A DNA stretch of 64,000 nt from an uncultured Pseudomonadota bacterium. Its GTDB lineage: Bacteria; Oederibacteriota; Muellerivitia; Muellerivitales; Muellerivitaceae. The translations under genes were made by a program, and so were the position numbers. The stretch spans positions 448,001-512,000 of the forward strand of contig CAWIIP010000002.1 in the NCBI GenBank assembly GCA_963836235.1, given 5' to 3'. The notes under the pieces are model-generated. The model was not told where the DNA came from. It saw nothing but the letters and a program-made list of their open reading frames with translations, and did no database searches. Of this stretch, positions 10,100-19,638 are shown piece by piece (the first letter of the stretch is position 1; the number at the start of each line of letters is the position of its first letter).

Positions 10100-11112
10100 T
10101 TTCCATCCCTCGTTTTTACCAACACCATGTCCCGATAACGGAAATCCATGGTTCCCGCACTTTTTCCCTTTTCATTTAAATCGCTGAGTACCAAAGCCAT
10201 GCGCTTAAGCGCGCCTTCACTGACCGGTGGATTAAAGGTCGCTTGGATGCCATCGATAAAAGTCACCACAATCGAATCCGGTTCGGAAAGATTTACTTCC
10301 GAGACGTCCTGGGCCATGACCGGATCTTTCTTTTGGAGAAACGAAAAGAAATCCAAAGCCGGCTTCAGGGATTCCGCCATGGCGGTAGTGCCGACAGCAT
10401 CCACTTTCAAGGGCACACCCGAAACAAGAGGCAAATCTTCCCGAAGCAACGCCGGGGAGGGGGACAACAACATTCCTTCCCGGTCAACTCCGTAAAGGGA
10501 TCCGTCGTCAAACAGAGCCACCGGCTTGCGTTCCCGGACGGAAATCAGAATGGTGCGAGGCAGCCGTCTTTCCACGAAAACCCTCTCGACCCAGTCCATT
10601 TTCCGAACCCTTTCACCCGCTTCGTTTAAATCCAACTTGAACATGCTTTCCCCCAATGGCAGCGCCACGGCTTTCACAATATCGTCTTCTGACAGGTAAT
10701 GGTTTCCTTCCACGGTTACCTTTTCCAGTTTCAAACCCGCCAGATCTTGTAAAAGAGCGGTGGTCTTATTTTTAGACCAAATCACAGCCAGAACTAAAAG
10801 TGTTAATCCCACCAGCTTCAACATCCATGCCGTGCTTTTCAAAGAAGGGCCACGAAGATTCCAAGATCCCCGCTTCTTTGAAAATCCCGGTGTGTCCTCC
10901 ACCGATGTAACCCCGGGCCGGTAAAAGGCATAAGCCTTTTGTTCCTGCCGCACGACCGGTTTTTCCTTCTTTTCAAACAACTTTAGAAAAAAACGGCTTT
11001 CCCCCTTTCCGGTATTACGGGGCGCCCTGAACCTTACGCTCGATGTCACTCCCGCAGTATTGAACCGGGGAGATTTTTCACTTAAAGGAACCCGTGAACC
11101 CCGGTAATACAT
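10096..11112 (-). CDS. ftsQ: cell division protein FtsQ/DivIB with long N-terminal cytoplasmic tail
   Basis: single TM, POTRA (VTVEGNHYLS...WVERVFVERRLPRTILISVRERKPVA), MDFRY; between ddl and ftsA. Confidence 0.9.
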   Translation of the reverse strand: MYYRGSRVPLSEKSPRFNTAGVTSSVRFRAPRNTGKGESRFFLKLFEKKEKPVVRQEQKAYAFYRPGVTSVEDTPGFSKKRGSWNLRGPSLKSTAWMLKLVGLTLLVLAVIWSKNKTTALLQDLAGLKLEKVTVEGNHYLSEDDIVKAVALPLGESMFKLDLNEAGERVRKMDWVERVFVERRLPRTILISVRERKPVALFDDGSLYGVDREGMLLSPSPALLREDLPLVSGVPLKVDAVGTTAMAESLKPALDFFSFLQKKDPVMAQDVSEVNLSEPDSIVVTFIDGIQATFNPPVSEGALKRMALVLSDLNEKGKSAGTMDFRYRDMVLVKTRDGK

Positions 11113-12050
11113 CAGTTTTTATTTCCTTTCCGTTTCAGCGCCATCAGAACCAACTCCTTCAAAAGCTTCGGAAAAGAAATCCCCGCCGCCCGGGCCGCAT
11201 CCGGCACCAAACTGGTAGAGGTCATACCGGGGGCTGTATTCACCTCTAAAATCTGAGGTTCCCCCTTCTTAGGAACAATGAAATCAACCCGGTAATAGTC
11301 CCGGCAACCCATGGCCTTACCGGCTTTGACGGCGTAAGATTTCACTTTTTGGGCGCTTTTGGCTGGAATCCGGGCCGGAATCAAGTGGTCCGAATGGCCC
11401 GGCGTATACTTTGCGTCAAAGTCGTAAAACTCATTTTGTGGCACGATTTCAATGATCGGCAGGGCTTTTTCTCCCAGTACCGTCACGGTCACTTCCGTTC
11501 CAGGAACGAATTTTTCCGCGATGGCCCACTGGCTATAGCGAAAGGCCAGTTGAATAGCTTTGGCCAGTTCTTCTTTTTTCTTAACGATGGTCACCCCAAT
11601 GGCCGAACCCACATCCGCAGGTTTGACAACCAAGGGCAGGCCGATTTTGATCTCTTTCAACCATTTGGACTTTTCCAAGCTCTTATGCAGGGCATGCCAA
11701 GGGGCCGTGGGAATTCGATTGGCCTCAAATACCAGTTTGGAACAGCCCTTGTGCATGGCCAAACCACAAGCGAGGGCTCCTGAACCCGTATAGGCCATCC
11801 CCCATTTGTCCAACAAAGCCTGTAAGGAGCCATCCTCCCCAAACCCGCCATGCAGGGCGATAAAAACCCCGTCGAACTTGGCGGCTTTGAGTTTTTTCAA
11901 AAGCCGCTTTTCATTTTTGTCCATCGTGTTCAGAACCATCGGTAGGGCTTTAATTCCCGCTTGGCCCAACCCTTCCACCACGTTTTTGCCCGACATCATG
12001 GAAATTTTTTTCTCCGGGCTCCAACCACCCATTAGTACGCCAACTTTCAT
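11112..12050 (-). CDS. ddl: D-alanine--D-alanine ligase
   Basis: MGGWSPEKKIS, ALHGGFGEDG, FYDFDAKY, LEVNTAPGMT. Confidence 0.97.
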   Translation of the reverse strand: MKVGVLMGGWSPEKKISMMSGKNVVEGLGQAGIKALPMVLNTMDKNEKRLLKKLKAAKFDGVFIALHGGFGEDGSLQALLDKWGMAYTGSGALACGLAMHKGCSKLVFEANRIPTAPWHALHKSLEKSKWLKEIKIGLPLVVKPADVGSAIGVTIVKKKEELAKAIQLAFRYSQWAIAEKFVPGTEVTVTVLGEKALPIIEIVPQNEFYDFDAKYTPGHSDHLIPARIPAKSAQKVKSYAVKAGKAMGCRDYYRVDFIVPKKGEPQILEVNTAPGMTSTSLVPDAARAAGISFPKLLKELVLMALKRKGNKN

Positions 12051-12121
12051 CTTGTTCTCCGGTTTCTTAAATTTCCCTGCCCTGTTGTTTGAGGCGTCGT
12101 TCGTCTTAAGTTATCAGCCAT
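12047..12121 (-). CDS. 24-aa mini-ORF bridging murB and ddl
   Basis: ATG overlaps murB stop (ATGGCTGA); its TGA overlaps ddl ATG (ATGA); MADNLRRTTPQTTGQGNLRNRRTR. Confidence 0.35.
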   Translation of the reverse strand: MADNLRRTTPQTTGQGNLRNRRTR

Positions 12122-13136
12122 TTTGATAGTTCCACCAAACGTCCTTGATTTCATTCCAGTCCCAATCCCCCAAAGGTAGTATTTCGGGTTCCAACTTTAT
12201 TCGATACTGATCCCGAACCCGTTTCTGGATTTCCCTCATCACCGCTACCACATCGTGGGCGGTGGCGCCGCCTTCGTTGATGATGAAATTGGCGTGGATT
12301 TCGCTAACCCTGGCGCCTCCAATCCGAAATCCCTTCAACCCCACAGATTCAGTCAGCCTTCCCGCGAAGTTCCCTTCCGGATTCTTGAAAACACTGCCCG
12401 CGTTCTTCTCCACCCGGGGCTGCTTACCCCGGCGGACTTTGAAGTATTCCTTCACCTTCTTCTCAATCGTGTCCTTGGCCTCTTTTTTCAGCTTCAACAC
12501 GGCCTCCACTAACACGTTCCCGCTCAATTTCAAGTTCGATTGTCGGTAACCAAAGCTGTAATCAGACTTCTTCCAATGTTTCACTTCCCCATGGGGCGTC
12601 ACGATGGTCAATTCCTCGACTGTAGGCCCGATCCAAGCCTTCTTGGCCCCCGCATTGCCCACAACCGCCCCGCCCAGACTTCCGGGAATGCCCGCAAAAA
12701 ACTCAACACCTCCCAACCCCGCTTCTCGGGTTTTGGCCAGAACCGTCACCAATTTGGTGGCGGCCTTAACCCTCACCCGATCGCCCCCTATGTGAATTCC
12801 CTGGAAACCCCGTCCCAGGCGGATCACCACACCTTTGAAACCTTCATCCGCAAAGAGAACATTGCTACCACCTCCCAGCATGAGGTACGGAACTTCCGCA
12901 TGGGTAAGGCACCGCAAAAGCTCGCCCAAATCCTCATTGGATTGGGGTTCCACAAAAGCCGCCGCCTTGCCACCCAGGTGATATGTGGTGAAGGGAGCGA
13001 TGGAATGGTCAAATTCCACCTTTCCTTTGACCAAGGTTTTAAGTTCTTTAAAATCCACTTCTCCTACCCTTTCATGTCGCCGCACGGCATATTCCGCAAT
13101 CACGCCCTTATCCTTTGTGCTTCTGGACGAGGTCAC
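12114..13136 (-). CDS. murB: UDP-N-acetylmuramate dehydrogenase
   Basis: LGGGSNVL, GIPGSLGGAVVGNAGA, AGSVFKNP, HANFIIN. Confidence 0.97.
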   Translation of the reverse strand: MTSSRSTKDKGVIAEYAVRRHERVGEVDFKELKTLVKGKVEFDHSIAPFTTYHLGGKAAAFVEPQSNEDLGELLRCLTHAEVPYLMLGGGSNVLFADEGFKGVVIRLGRGFQGIHIGGDRVRVKAATKLVTVLAKTREAGLGGVEFFAGIPGSLGGAVVGNAGAKKAWIGPTVEELTIVTPHGEVKHWKKSDYSFGYRQSNLKLSGNVLVEAVLKLKKEAKDTIEKKVKEYFKVRRGKQPRVEKNAGSVFKNPEGNFAGRLTESVGLKGFRIGGARVSEIHANFIINEGGATAHDVVAVMREIQKRVRDQYRIKLEPEILPLGDWDWNEIKDVWWNYQNG

Positions 13137-14511
13137 TTCCCACTTTCCAGATATCCCCCGCCCCCATGGTTAAAAGCACATGTTTGTCGGTCAAATGGGC
13201 CTTCAGGTATTCCAAAAGCAAAGCCCGGTCCTCGATATAGCGCACGTTGGTTTGACGGTTTTCCCTCAAGGCTTCCACCAGGGTCATGCCCGTCACCCCT
13301 GGGATGGGCTTCTCCCGGGAAGGATAAATGGCCGAGATCACCACCTCATCAGCGTCGCCAAAGGACTTTCCAAATTTGTCCCGCAAGAGCTGGGTGCGGG
13401 AGAAGAGATGAGGCTGGAACACCACCAGCAGTTTTTTGGAACCCGCAAAATTTTTGGCCGCCCTGAGCGTTTCGGATACCGCCGTGGGATGGTGGGCGTA
13501 ATCGTCCACCACCGTGGCACCCTTGTAAGAGCCTTTGATTTCAAAACGCCGTTTGGCCCCGTGGAACCGGACCAAACCGGCGGTGATCTTTTTAAAGGGA
13601 ACCTTGAGTTCCAAACCCACCGCTACCGCCGCCAGGGCGTTTTGGATGTTGAATCGACCCGGCACATTGAGCTTCACGGTTCCCAACTTCTTTCCCTGGA
13701 AGGCGACCTCGAAAATCGACCCGGCCTTTTCCAGCCGGACCCTTTGGGCCGAAACTTGGGCCTGCTTGGAAAAACCATAGGTCATCACCCGGCGCTTGAT
13801 GTGGGGAATAATCATCTGGATCTGCGGATCGTCCGCGCCAAGGATCACACATCCATAAAAAGGAACCTTGTTGGCAAATTGAATGAAGGCTTCCCGGACC
13901 TTGTCGATGGAGCCGTAATAATCCAAATGGTCGTCATCAATATTGGTGACAATGGAAATCATGGGCGAAAGCAGGAAAAACTCGCCGAAGGCCTCACAGG
14001 CCTCGGCCACCAGATAATCGCCCTTGCCCAGCTTTGCGTTGGACTTGAACACATCCACCTGGCCCCCGATGACCAGCGTCGGGTCCAGTTTGCCCTCGGT
14101 CATGACCAGCCCGATCATGGAAGTCGTGGTGGTTTTGCCGTGGGTGCCTGAAATAGCGATGCCATATTTCAAGCGCATCAGCTCCGCCAGCATCTCGGTA
14201 CGGGGGATGACCGGCACCGAACGTTTATGGGCCTCCACAATTTCCGGGTTGTCCATGGGAACGGCGGCGGAATAAACCGCCACGTCCGCGCCCACCACAT
14301 GGGAAGCCTTATGGCCAAAGTGAATGTCAGCGCCCATTTCGGTAAGCCGCTCGGTCACATCCGAAGCCTTCAAGTCTGAGCCAGAGACCTTGTAGTGCAA
14401 GCTCAGCAGCACCGCCGCGATACCGCTCATTCCGGCGCCACCAATGCCGATAAAATGCACCCGCTTGACGCTACCGAAAGGCTGGGTTAGTTTTCTAAAG
14501 CTCGATTTCAC
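13108..14511 (-). CDS. murC: UDP-N-acetylmuramate--L-alanine ligase
   Basis: IGIGGAGMSG, GTHGKTTTT, DDYAHHPT, FQPH. Confidence 0.97.
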   Translation of the reverse strand: MKSSFRKLTQPFGSVKRVHFIGIGGAGMSGIAAVLLSLHYKVSGSDLKASDVTERLTEMGADIHFGHKASHVVGADVAVYSAAVPMDNPEIVEAHKRSVPVIPRTEMLAELMRLKYGIAISGTHGKTTTTSMIGLVMTEGKLDPTLVIGGQVDVFKSNAKLGKGDYLVAEACEAFGEFFLLSPMISIVTNIDDDHLDYYGSIDKVREAFIQFANKVPFYGCVILGADDPQIQMIIPHIKRRVMTYGFSKQAQVSAQRVRLEKAGSIFEVAFQGKKLGTVKLNVPGRFNIQNALAAVAVGLELKVPFKKITAGLVRFHGAKRRFEIKGSYKGATVVDDYAHHPTAVSETLRAAKNFAGSKKLLVVFQPHLFSRTQLLRDKFGKSFGDADEVVISAIYPSREKPIPGVTGMTLVEALRENRQTNVRYIEDRALLLEYLKAHLTDKHVLLTMGAGDIWKVGSDLVQKHKG

Positions 14512-15620
14512 GCCGCTTTCCTTTTTTCCGCCATTTTTAAAAGTCCTTCCACGATTTCCGAAGCCGCCTGGAGTTTGGCTAATTCCCCGGATTTAACTCC
14601 CATTTCCGCCAGTTTCTTCTCATCCGACAGCAGGGAGATCAGGGTTTGGGTCAGCTTTTCGTCGTCCAGTTCCTTTTCGGTAATCACGACTGCCGACCCA
14701 GCCCTCTCCATCGCCCTCGCATTCATCTCCTGATGTCCGGAAGCGTGCGGATACGGTATAAAAAGAGCCGGCAAGCCCCGGCTTAGGATTTCGGCGCAAG
14801 TCATGGCTCCGGCCCTCGCCACCACCAGGTCCGCCGCCGCGTAGGCTTCGTGAATGTTGCTGATAAAGGGCCTCAAAACCACCTTGAGAGGGCATTTTTC
14901 CAGGGCGTCCACCGTCTTTCGGTAATCGTCCCATCCCGTCATCATGATGACTTGCACCGCTTGGTCGCCCTGTCCCAAAAACTGGATCACATCCGTCATG
15001 AACTGGTTCAAAGCGTGGGATCCCTGGCTCCCGCCCAGCATCAGCACTGTGGTCGTGCCCAGGTTCAATCCGAAACTCTCTCGTGATTTCGCCTTCTCCG
15101 CCATCACGATTTCTTCTCGTACCGGAATTCCCGTCCATTGGGTTCTCCTTTTGGAAAAGTGTTTTAAAGCGTCCTCAAACCCGACGAAAATCCTCCTTGA
15201 AAACAAAGATAAAAACCTTGCCGCCAGACCCGGAACCACGTTGGGTTCAAAAAGAGCCACCGGAACCCCCCGCAGGGCCGCCGCCACCGAAATCGGAACG
15301 GAGACATAACCGCCCGTGGAAAAAATCGCGTCGGGCCGGAACCTTCCCACGATCCGCCCCGCCTGGATCAGGCTTTGAGCGAACTCGAACCAGAAAGTGA
15401 CAAGCCTCATCGACAGCCCCCGAGGGAAACTGCTGGTTTGGATGCCCTCAAACTGGAAACCTGAATCGGGGACCCATTTCGATTCCCGCCCATCGTTCTT
15501 ACCGACGTAAAGCAATTCGACCTCCGGATGTTTTGAAAGCTCCCGTGCGATGGCGATACCAGGAAAGATATGCCCCCCCGTTCCCCCGCCGGTGATGATG
15601 ATTTTCTTTTTCGAATCCAA
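14508..15620 (-). CDS. murG: lipid II GlcNAc transferase
   Basis: GGGTGGHIFP, GGYVS, GGSQGS, RAGAMTCAE, HQEMNA. Confidence 0.97.
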   Translation of the reverse strand: MDSKKKIIITGGGTGGHIFPGIAIARELSKHPEVELLYVGKNDGRESKWVPDSGFQFEGIQTSSFPRGLSMRLVTFWFEFAQSLIQAGRIVGRFRPDAIFSTGGYVSVPISVAAALRGVPVALFEPNVVPGLAARFLSLFSRRIFVGFEDALKHFSKRRTQWTGIPVREEIVMAEKAKSRESFGLNLGTTTVLMLGGSQGSHALNQFMTDVIQFLGQGDQAVQVIMMTGWDDYRKTVDALEKCPLKVVLRPFISNIHEAYAAADLVVARAGAMTCAEILSRGLPALFIPYPHASGHQEMNARAMERAGSAVVITEKELDDEKLTQTLISLLSDEKKLAEMGVKSGELAKLQAASEIVEGLLKMAEKRKAA

Positions 15621-15658
15621 TCCCCATTCCTTCCTCGCTTTTCTTCAACCCTTAAGCC

Positions 15659-16825
15659 TTAGCTAACCGCCGAAGGCTGCCAGCTACCGGCTGGTGTTAA
15701 GGGCGACGGCAATTTGATTCCCCGTGAAATGTTGAAAAGAATCCCTATCGAAGCCAGCGTGAACACCATGGAAGAGCCGCCATAAGAAATGAGCGGTAGT
15801 GGAATTCCTTTAGTGGGCAAAAGACCCGTGACCACTCCCAAGTTGACCAGGGCCTGGAATCCGATCAGACCCGTAATTCCCGAGGCTAAAAGAGCTTGGA
15901 AAAGGCCACCTTCCCTCTGGCTGACCGCTGAAGCGATCTTGAATCCCCGTAAAATGAAGACCGCGAAAAGAAACACCAGTGTCCCTGCGCCCACCAGACC
16001 TAATTCCTCGGCGATGATGGCGAAAATGAAATCCGTATGGGGGGCCGGAAGGTAAAAGAGCTTTTGCGAGCTATTGGAAAGTCCCACACCCAGGGGCCCC
16101 CCATTTCCTACCGCGATCAAACTTTGAATCAACTGAAAACCCGACCCTTGGGGATCATCCCAGGGATTGAGGAATGCCGTAATTCGTTTCATCCGGTAGC
16201 TGGCGGACTCCACCAAGAAAATAAAGACCGGAATCAAGATAGATAAGGGAATCAAGAAAAAGGTCAATTGCATGCCCGCCAGAAACAACAAAAGGATGGT
16301 GACCAGGGCTAGGAGAACCGCCGTGCCAAAGTCATGCTGTTTTTCCAGGAGCACCATGCAAACACCCAAAATAGCCAGATAGGGGAATAGGCCAGAAAAG
16401 TTCACCAGCGTTTGCTTTCGGCGGTCTAGCGAATCGGCAAGGTAGAAAACTAGGACGATTTTCAGGGTTTCGGAAGGTTGGAAGGAAAAAGGCCCAAGTC
16501 GGAACCATCTTTGGGCGCCACCCACCGTCCTGCCAATGCCCGGAACACAAACCAAAACCATGAGAAATAGAGCTATAAAAAGCCCTGGGATGGCCAGGGC
16601 CCGCAAATTATCCAGATTTACTCGGGAGGTGACCCACATGCCGAAACAGCCCACAACCACCCAGAGAAGCTGGCGTGCGAAAAAATAATAGGAATTGCCA
16701 TAGCGGTCATGGGCCAGGATGGCCGAGGCGCTATAAATCATGATCAGCCCCACCGTCACCAGAATCAGGGTGAGCAGGAACATCAGGAAATCCGGCGAAG
16801 GTTGTTCTTTGGTTCTAAAGCTCAT
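15659..16825 (-). CDS. ftsW: SEDS peptidoglycan polymerase FtsW
   Basis: GAQRW, FQPSE, LPAPHTDFIF, PTKGIPLPLISYGGSS. Confidence 0.96.
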   Translation of the reverse strand: MSFRTKEQPSPDFLMFLLTLILVTVGLIMIYSASAILAHDRYGNSYYFFARQLLWVVVGCFGMWVTSRVNLDNLRALAIPGLFIALFLMVLVCVPGIGRTVGGAQRWFRLGPFSFQPSETLKIVLVFYLADSLDRRKQTLVNFSGLFPYLAILGVCMVLLEKQHDFGTAVLLALVTILLLFLAGMQLTFFLIPLSILIPVFIFLVESASYRMKRITAFLNPWDDPQGSGFQLIQSLIAVGNGGPLGVGLSNSSQKLFYLPAPHTDFIFAIIAEELGLVGAGTLVFLFAVFILRGFKIASAVSQREGGLFQALLASGITGLIGFQALVNLGVVTGLLPTKGIPLPLISYGGSSMVFTLASIGILFNISRGIKLPSPLTPAGSWQPSAVS

Positions 16826-16977
16826 TTTAAATCCTTAGTTTTCATCCCTTCGTTCGGATTCCGAACAGAGTGTCGTAAGGTGTTGAAAAGGCGTTGGTAG
16901 GTGTTGCTGTCAGAATCCGAGCGCAAGAATGAAAACCTCCTTTCGTTTCTGGAATTAAACAATCCCTGTTTAAGCAT
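16822..16977 (-). CDS. 51-aa mini-ORF bridging murD and ftsW
   Basis: ATG overlaps murD stop (ATGCTTAA); TGA overlaps ftsW ATG; no internal stop in 52 codons. Confidence 0.35.
   Translation of the reverse strand: MLKQGLFNSRNERRFSFLRSDSDSNTYQRLFNTLRHSVRNPNEGMKTKDLK
16839..16935. repeat. imperfect inverted repeat (about 29-bp arms, 38-nt loop) in the murD-ftsW spacer
   Basis: ttttcatcccttcgttcggattccgaacag ... ctgtcagaatccgagcgcaagaatgaaaa. Confidence 0.75.
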
Positions 16978-18349
16978 TTACTTTTCCAGCCTTCTGCCGG
17001 GCCATCTTCTGGACTACCGCCTTGAACTGCCTTCCCCGGTCCTCGTAATTCTGGAACATGTCAAAACTGGCGCATCCAGGGGAAAAGAGTACGACTCCAC
17101 CCTTTTCCGAAGCCGCATAGGCGCCGTTGACCGTCTCTTCCAGCGTCCCAGCCTCAACCACCGTCGCGGCAGAAGCCAATTGTTGAACCACTTTCGTCTT
17201 GCATTCACCGAAAGCCACGATTCGGGTTACTTTTTCTTTCACCAAGGAGGCCAGACGCGTGAAATCCCCCGCCTTGTCCCTTCCGCCCAAAATCAAGACG
17301 ATAGGGCGATCGAAACTTTCCAAGGCTTTCAAGACCGAATCCACGTTCGTACCTTTGGAATCGTTCACGAAACGAACTCCATTGATTTCTCCCGCCGCTT
17401 CCAGGCGGTGCTCCACTCCGGTGAATTCCGAGAGGGTCTTGGCTATGACTGCGTCTGAAACTCCACTCAAGGAAGCCATTAAGGCCGCCGCGCAAGCGTT
17501 CTCCAAATTGTGGGGACCCGGGATTTTCAAGTCGGAAGCCGCCATCAAAGTTCTCCCCAAAAGTTCGATCTTCTCCCCTGTCATGAAGCAACCTGGTTTT
17601 GTGGCGCCCTTGGTTCCCGGAAAACCAAAAAGATAAAGCTGGCTTTTCACCAAGCTTGAAAGAATGGGGGTATATTTATCGGACACATTGAGAACGGCGA
17701 CATCTTCGGATTTCTGGTTTTCAAAGATACGGCCTTTCGTTTCCACGTAATTCTGCATTCCTTCGTGCCGGTCCAAATGGTCTGGGGTCACGTTCAGAAC
17801 GGAAGCCAAACGGGGCCGGAATTCCTCTATGGTTTCCAATTGAAAGCTGGAAACCTCCAAAACCGCCCAATCCTCGCTGGAAAGCTCAAAAACCGTTTCG
17901 GCAAAGGCTTTTCCGATATTGCCGCAAGCGACCGCTTTGTGTCCCCCTCCGTTGATCATGGCCGTTAACAAAGTGGTGGTCGTAGTCTTCCCATTAGTTC
18001 CCGTGATGGCCGCCACGGAAGCCGGACAATAGCCAAAAGCCAGCTCCATCTCGCCGATAACCATAATTCCTTTGTCCCGAGCGGCTTCTAAAGTCGGGTG
18101 GTTGAAAGGAACGCCCGGTGAAGTGATGACCAGATCCGAGCTCAGAACGGTGGTAGGATCGATTCCACCCAACATGAGTTGGACGTGTCCAATATCCTTG
18201 GATTTCTCAATCCAGGCTGTAAGTTTTTCGGGGGTTTTATCATCCAGGATCACGACGTGGGCCCCATGGACGGAAAGAAGGCGCGCCGCCGCGAAACCCG
18301 AGCGTCCCAGACCGATAACCGCTACTTGTTTTCCGTGTACGTAATGCAT
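16970..18349 (-). CDS. murD: UDP-MurNAc-L-Ala--D-glutamate ligase
   Basis: GLGRSG, ITGTNGKTTTT, NDSKGTN, SPGCASFDMF; start moved to ATG 18349 after the mraY stop. Confidence 0.97.
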   Translation of the reverse strand: MHYVHGKQVAVIGLGRSGFAAARLLSVHGAHVVILDDKTPEKLTAWIEKSKDIGHVQLMLGGIDPTTVLSSDLVITSPGVPFNHPTLEAARDKGIMVIGEMELAFGYCPASVAAITGTNGKTTTTTLLTAMINGGGHKAVACGNIGKAFAETVFELSSEDWAVLEVSSFQLETIEEFRPRLASVLNVTPDHLDRHEGMQNYVETKGRIFENQKSEDVAVLNVSDKYTPILSSLVKSQLYLFGFPGTKGATKPGCFMTGEKIELLGRTLMAASDLKIPGPHNLENACAAALMASLSGVSDAVIAKTLSEFTGVEHRLEAAGEINGVRFVNDSKGTNVDSVLKALESFDRPIVLILGGRDKAGDFTRLASLVKEKVTRIVAFGECKTKVVQQLASAATVVEAGTLEETVNGAYAASEKGGVVLFSPGCASFDMFQNYEDRGRQFKAVVQKMARQKAGKVNA

Positions 18350-18357
18350 TTTTTTCC

Positions 18358-19446
18358 TTAACGAAGCTTCAAGGTGGACAGCGTGAGTAACGTCAAAATG
18401 ATCGCCACGATCCAAAACCGGACGATGATCTTGGATTCTGGAACACCGGAAAGTTCAAAATGGTGATGAAGAGGCGCCATCTTGAAGACCCGTTTTCCAC
18501 TCATTTTGAAGGAAGTAACTTGGATGATGACCGAGAGGGCTTCCGCCACGAAAATGCCGCCCACAATGATCAGAAGAATTTCCTGTTTCACCATGACCGC
18601 AATGGTGCCCAAAAGCCCCCCCAAAGCCAGGGAACCCGTATCGCCCATGAAGATCTGAGCCGGGGGGGCATTGAACCAAAGGAATCCGAGGCCCGCGCCG
18701 ACGAGGGCAGCGCAAAGAACCGTCAATTCGCCAGCTCCCGGCACCATGATGATTTTGAGGTATTCGCTGAACTTTACGTTTCCCGATACATAAGTCACTA
18801 CCACGAAGGCCATAGCGGCAAAGGTCGTGCAACCAATAGCCAACCCATCTAGGCCGTCGGTCAAGTTTACGGAATTGGAAGCGCTGACGATCACTAAGAC
18901 CGCGAAGAAGGGATAGAGAACATCCAGGTTCATGGGATGTTTAAAAAATGGAAGAGTGATGGATGTTTTTAAGAGGAAATCGTCCGGAAGAACGGAGAGG
19001 TAGCCGCCGACAATGATGATAGCCCCAATGGTCTGGAGAATAAGTTTCCAAGTCCCGGGAATCCCCCGGCTCTTTCCAATGCCTTTGAGTTTGACAAGGT
19101 CGTCCGCGAAACCGATGGATCCATACCAAAGAAGGGAGAAGAATGCCAGCCAGAAGAACTTGGAATCCCAACGAACCCAAAGAAGGGCGCTTAAACCCAG
19201 CGTCAACAAAACCAAAACGCCGCCCATGGAGGGGGTTCCGGCCTTTGCCGAATGGCTGGCGGGACCATCGTGGCGTATCTTCTCGCCCAATTGCAAACCC
19301 CGAATTCGCTCAATGACGCCTTTCCCAAAAAAGAGGCAAAACCCGAAGGCGGTGACGGCAGCGTAGACGCTTCGAAACGTCACATAACGAAAGACGTTAA
19401 AACCGACAAAGTGGTTCGCCAGTGGATAAAGCAAGTGATAAAGCAT
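18358..19446 (-). CDS. mraY: phospho-N-acetylmuramoyl-pentapeptide transferase
   Basis: KAGTPSMGG, NLTDGLDGL, FMGDTGSL, MAPLHHHFEL. Confidence 0.98.
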   Translation of the reverse strand: MLYHLLYPLANHFVGFNVFRYVTFRSVYAAVTAFGFCLFFGKGVIERIRGLQLGEKIRHDGPASHSAKAGTPSMGGVLVLLTLGLSALLWVRWDSKFFWLAFFSLLWYGSIGFADDLVKLKGIGKSRGIPGTWKLILQTIGAIIIVGGYLSVLPDDFLLKTSITLPFFKHPMNLDVLYPFFAVLVIVSASNSVNLTDGLDGLAIGCTTFAAMAFVVVTYVSGNVKFSEYLKIIMVPGAGELTVLCAALVGAGLGFLWFNAPPAQIFMGDTGSLALGGLLGTIAVMVKQEILLIIVGGIFVAEALSVIIQVTSFKMSGKRVFKMAPLHHHFELSGVPESKIIVRFWIVAIILTLLTLSTLKLR

Positions 19447-19455
19447 TTGGGTTCC

Positions 19456-19638
19456 TTAGTTCTTACTCAATCTTGAGAAACGAATCGACAATTGCTTCCC
19501 GTCCATTGTGTTTTCAGATCTCGCTTCGGCAGAAGGTCCCGTCTCGAAATCGGCCTTCACCGGAACCAATCCGTTCCCCTTCGCAAAAGGGTGGTCCTCT
19601 CCAGCCAAATCATCCAAAAACTTCTTTAAAAAAATCAC
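19456..19638 (-). CDS. 60-aa mini-ORF between murF and mraY
   Basis: GTGA overlap with murF stop; ends in TAAGGA, which forms the mraY SD. Confidence 0.4.
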   Translation of the reverse strand: MIFLKKFLDDLAGEDHPFAKGNGLVPVKADFETGPSAEARSENTMDGKQLSIRFSRLSKN

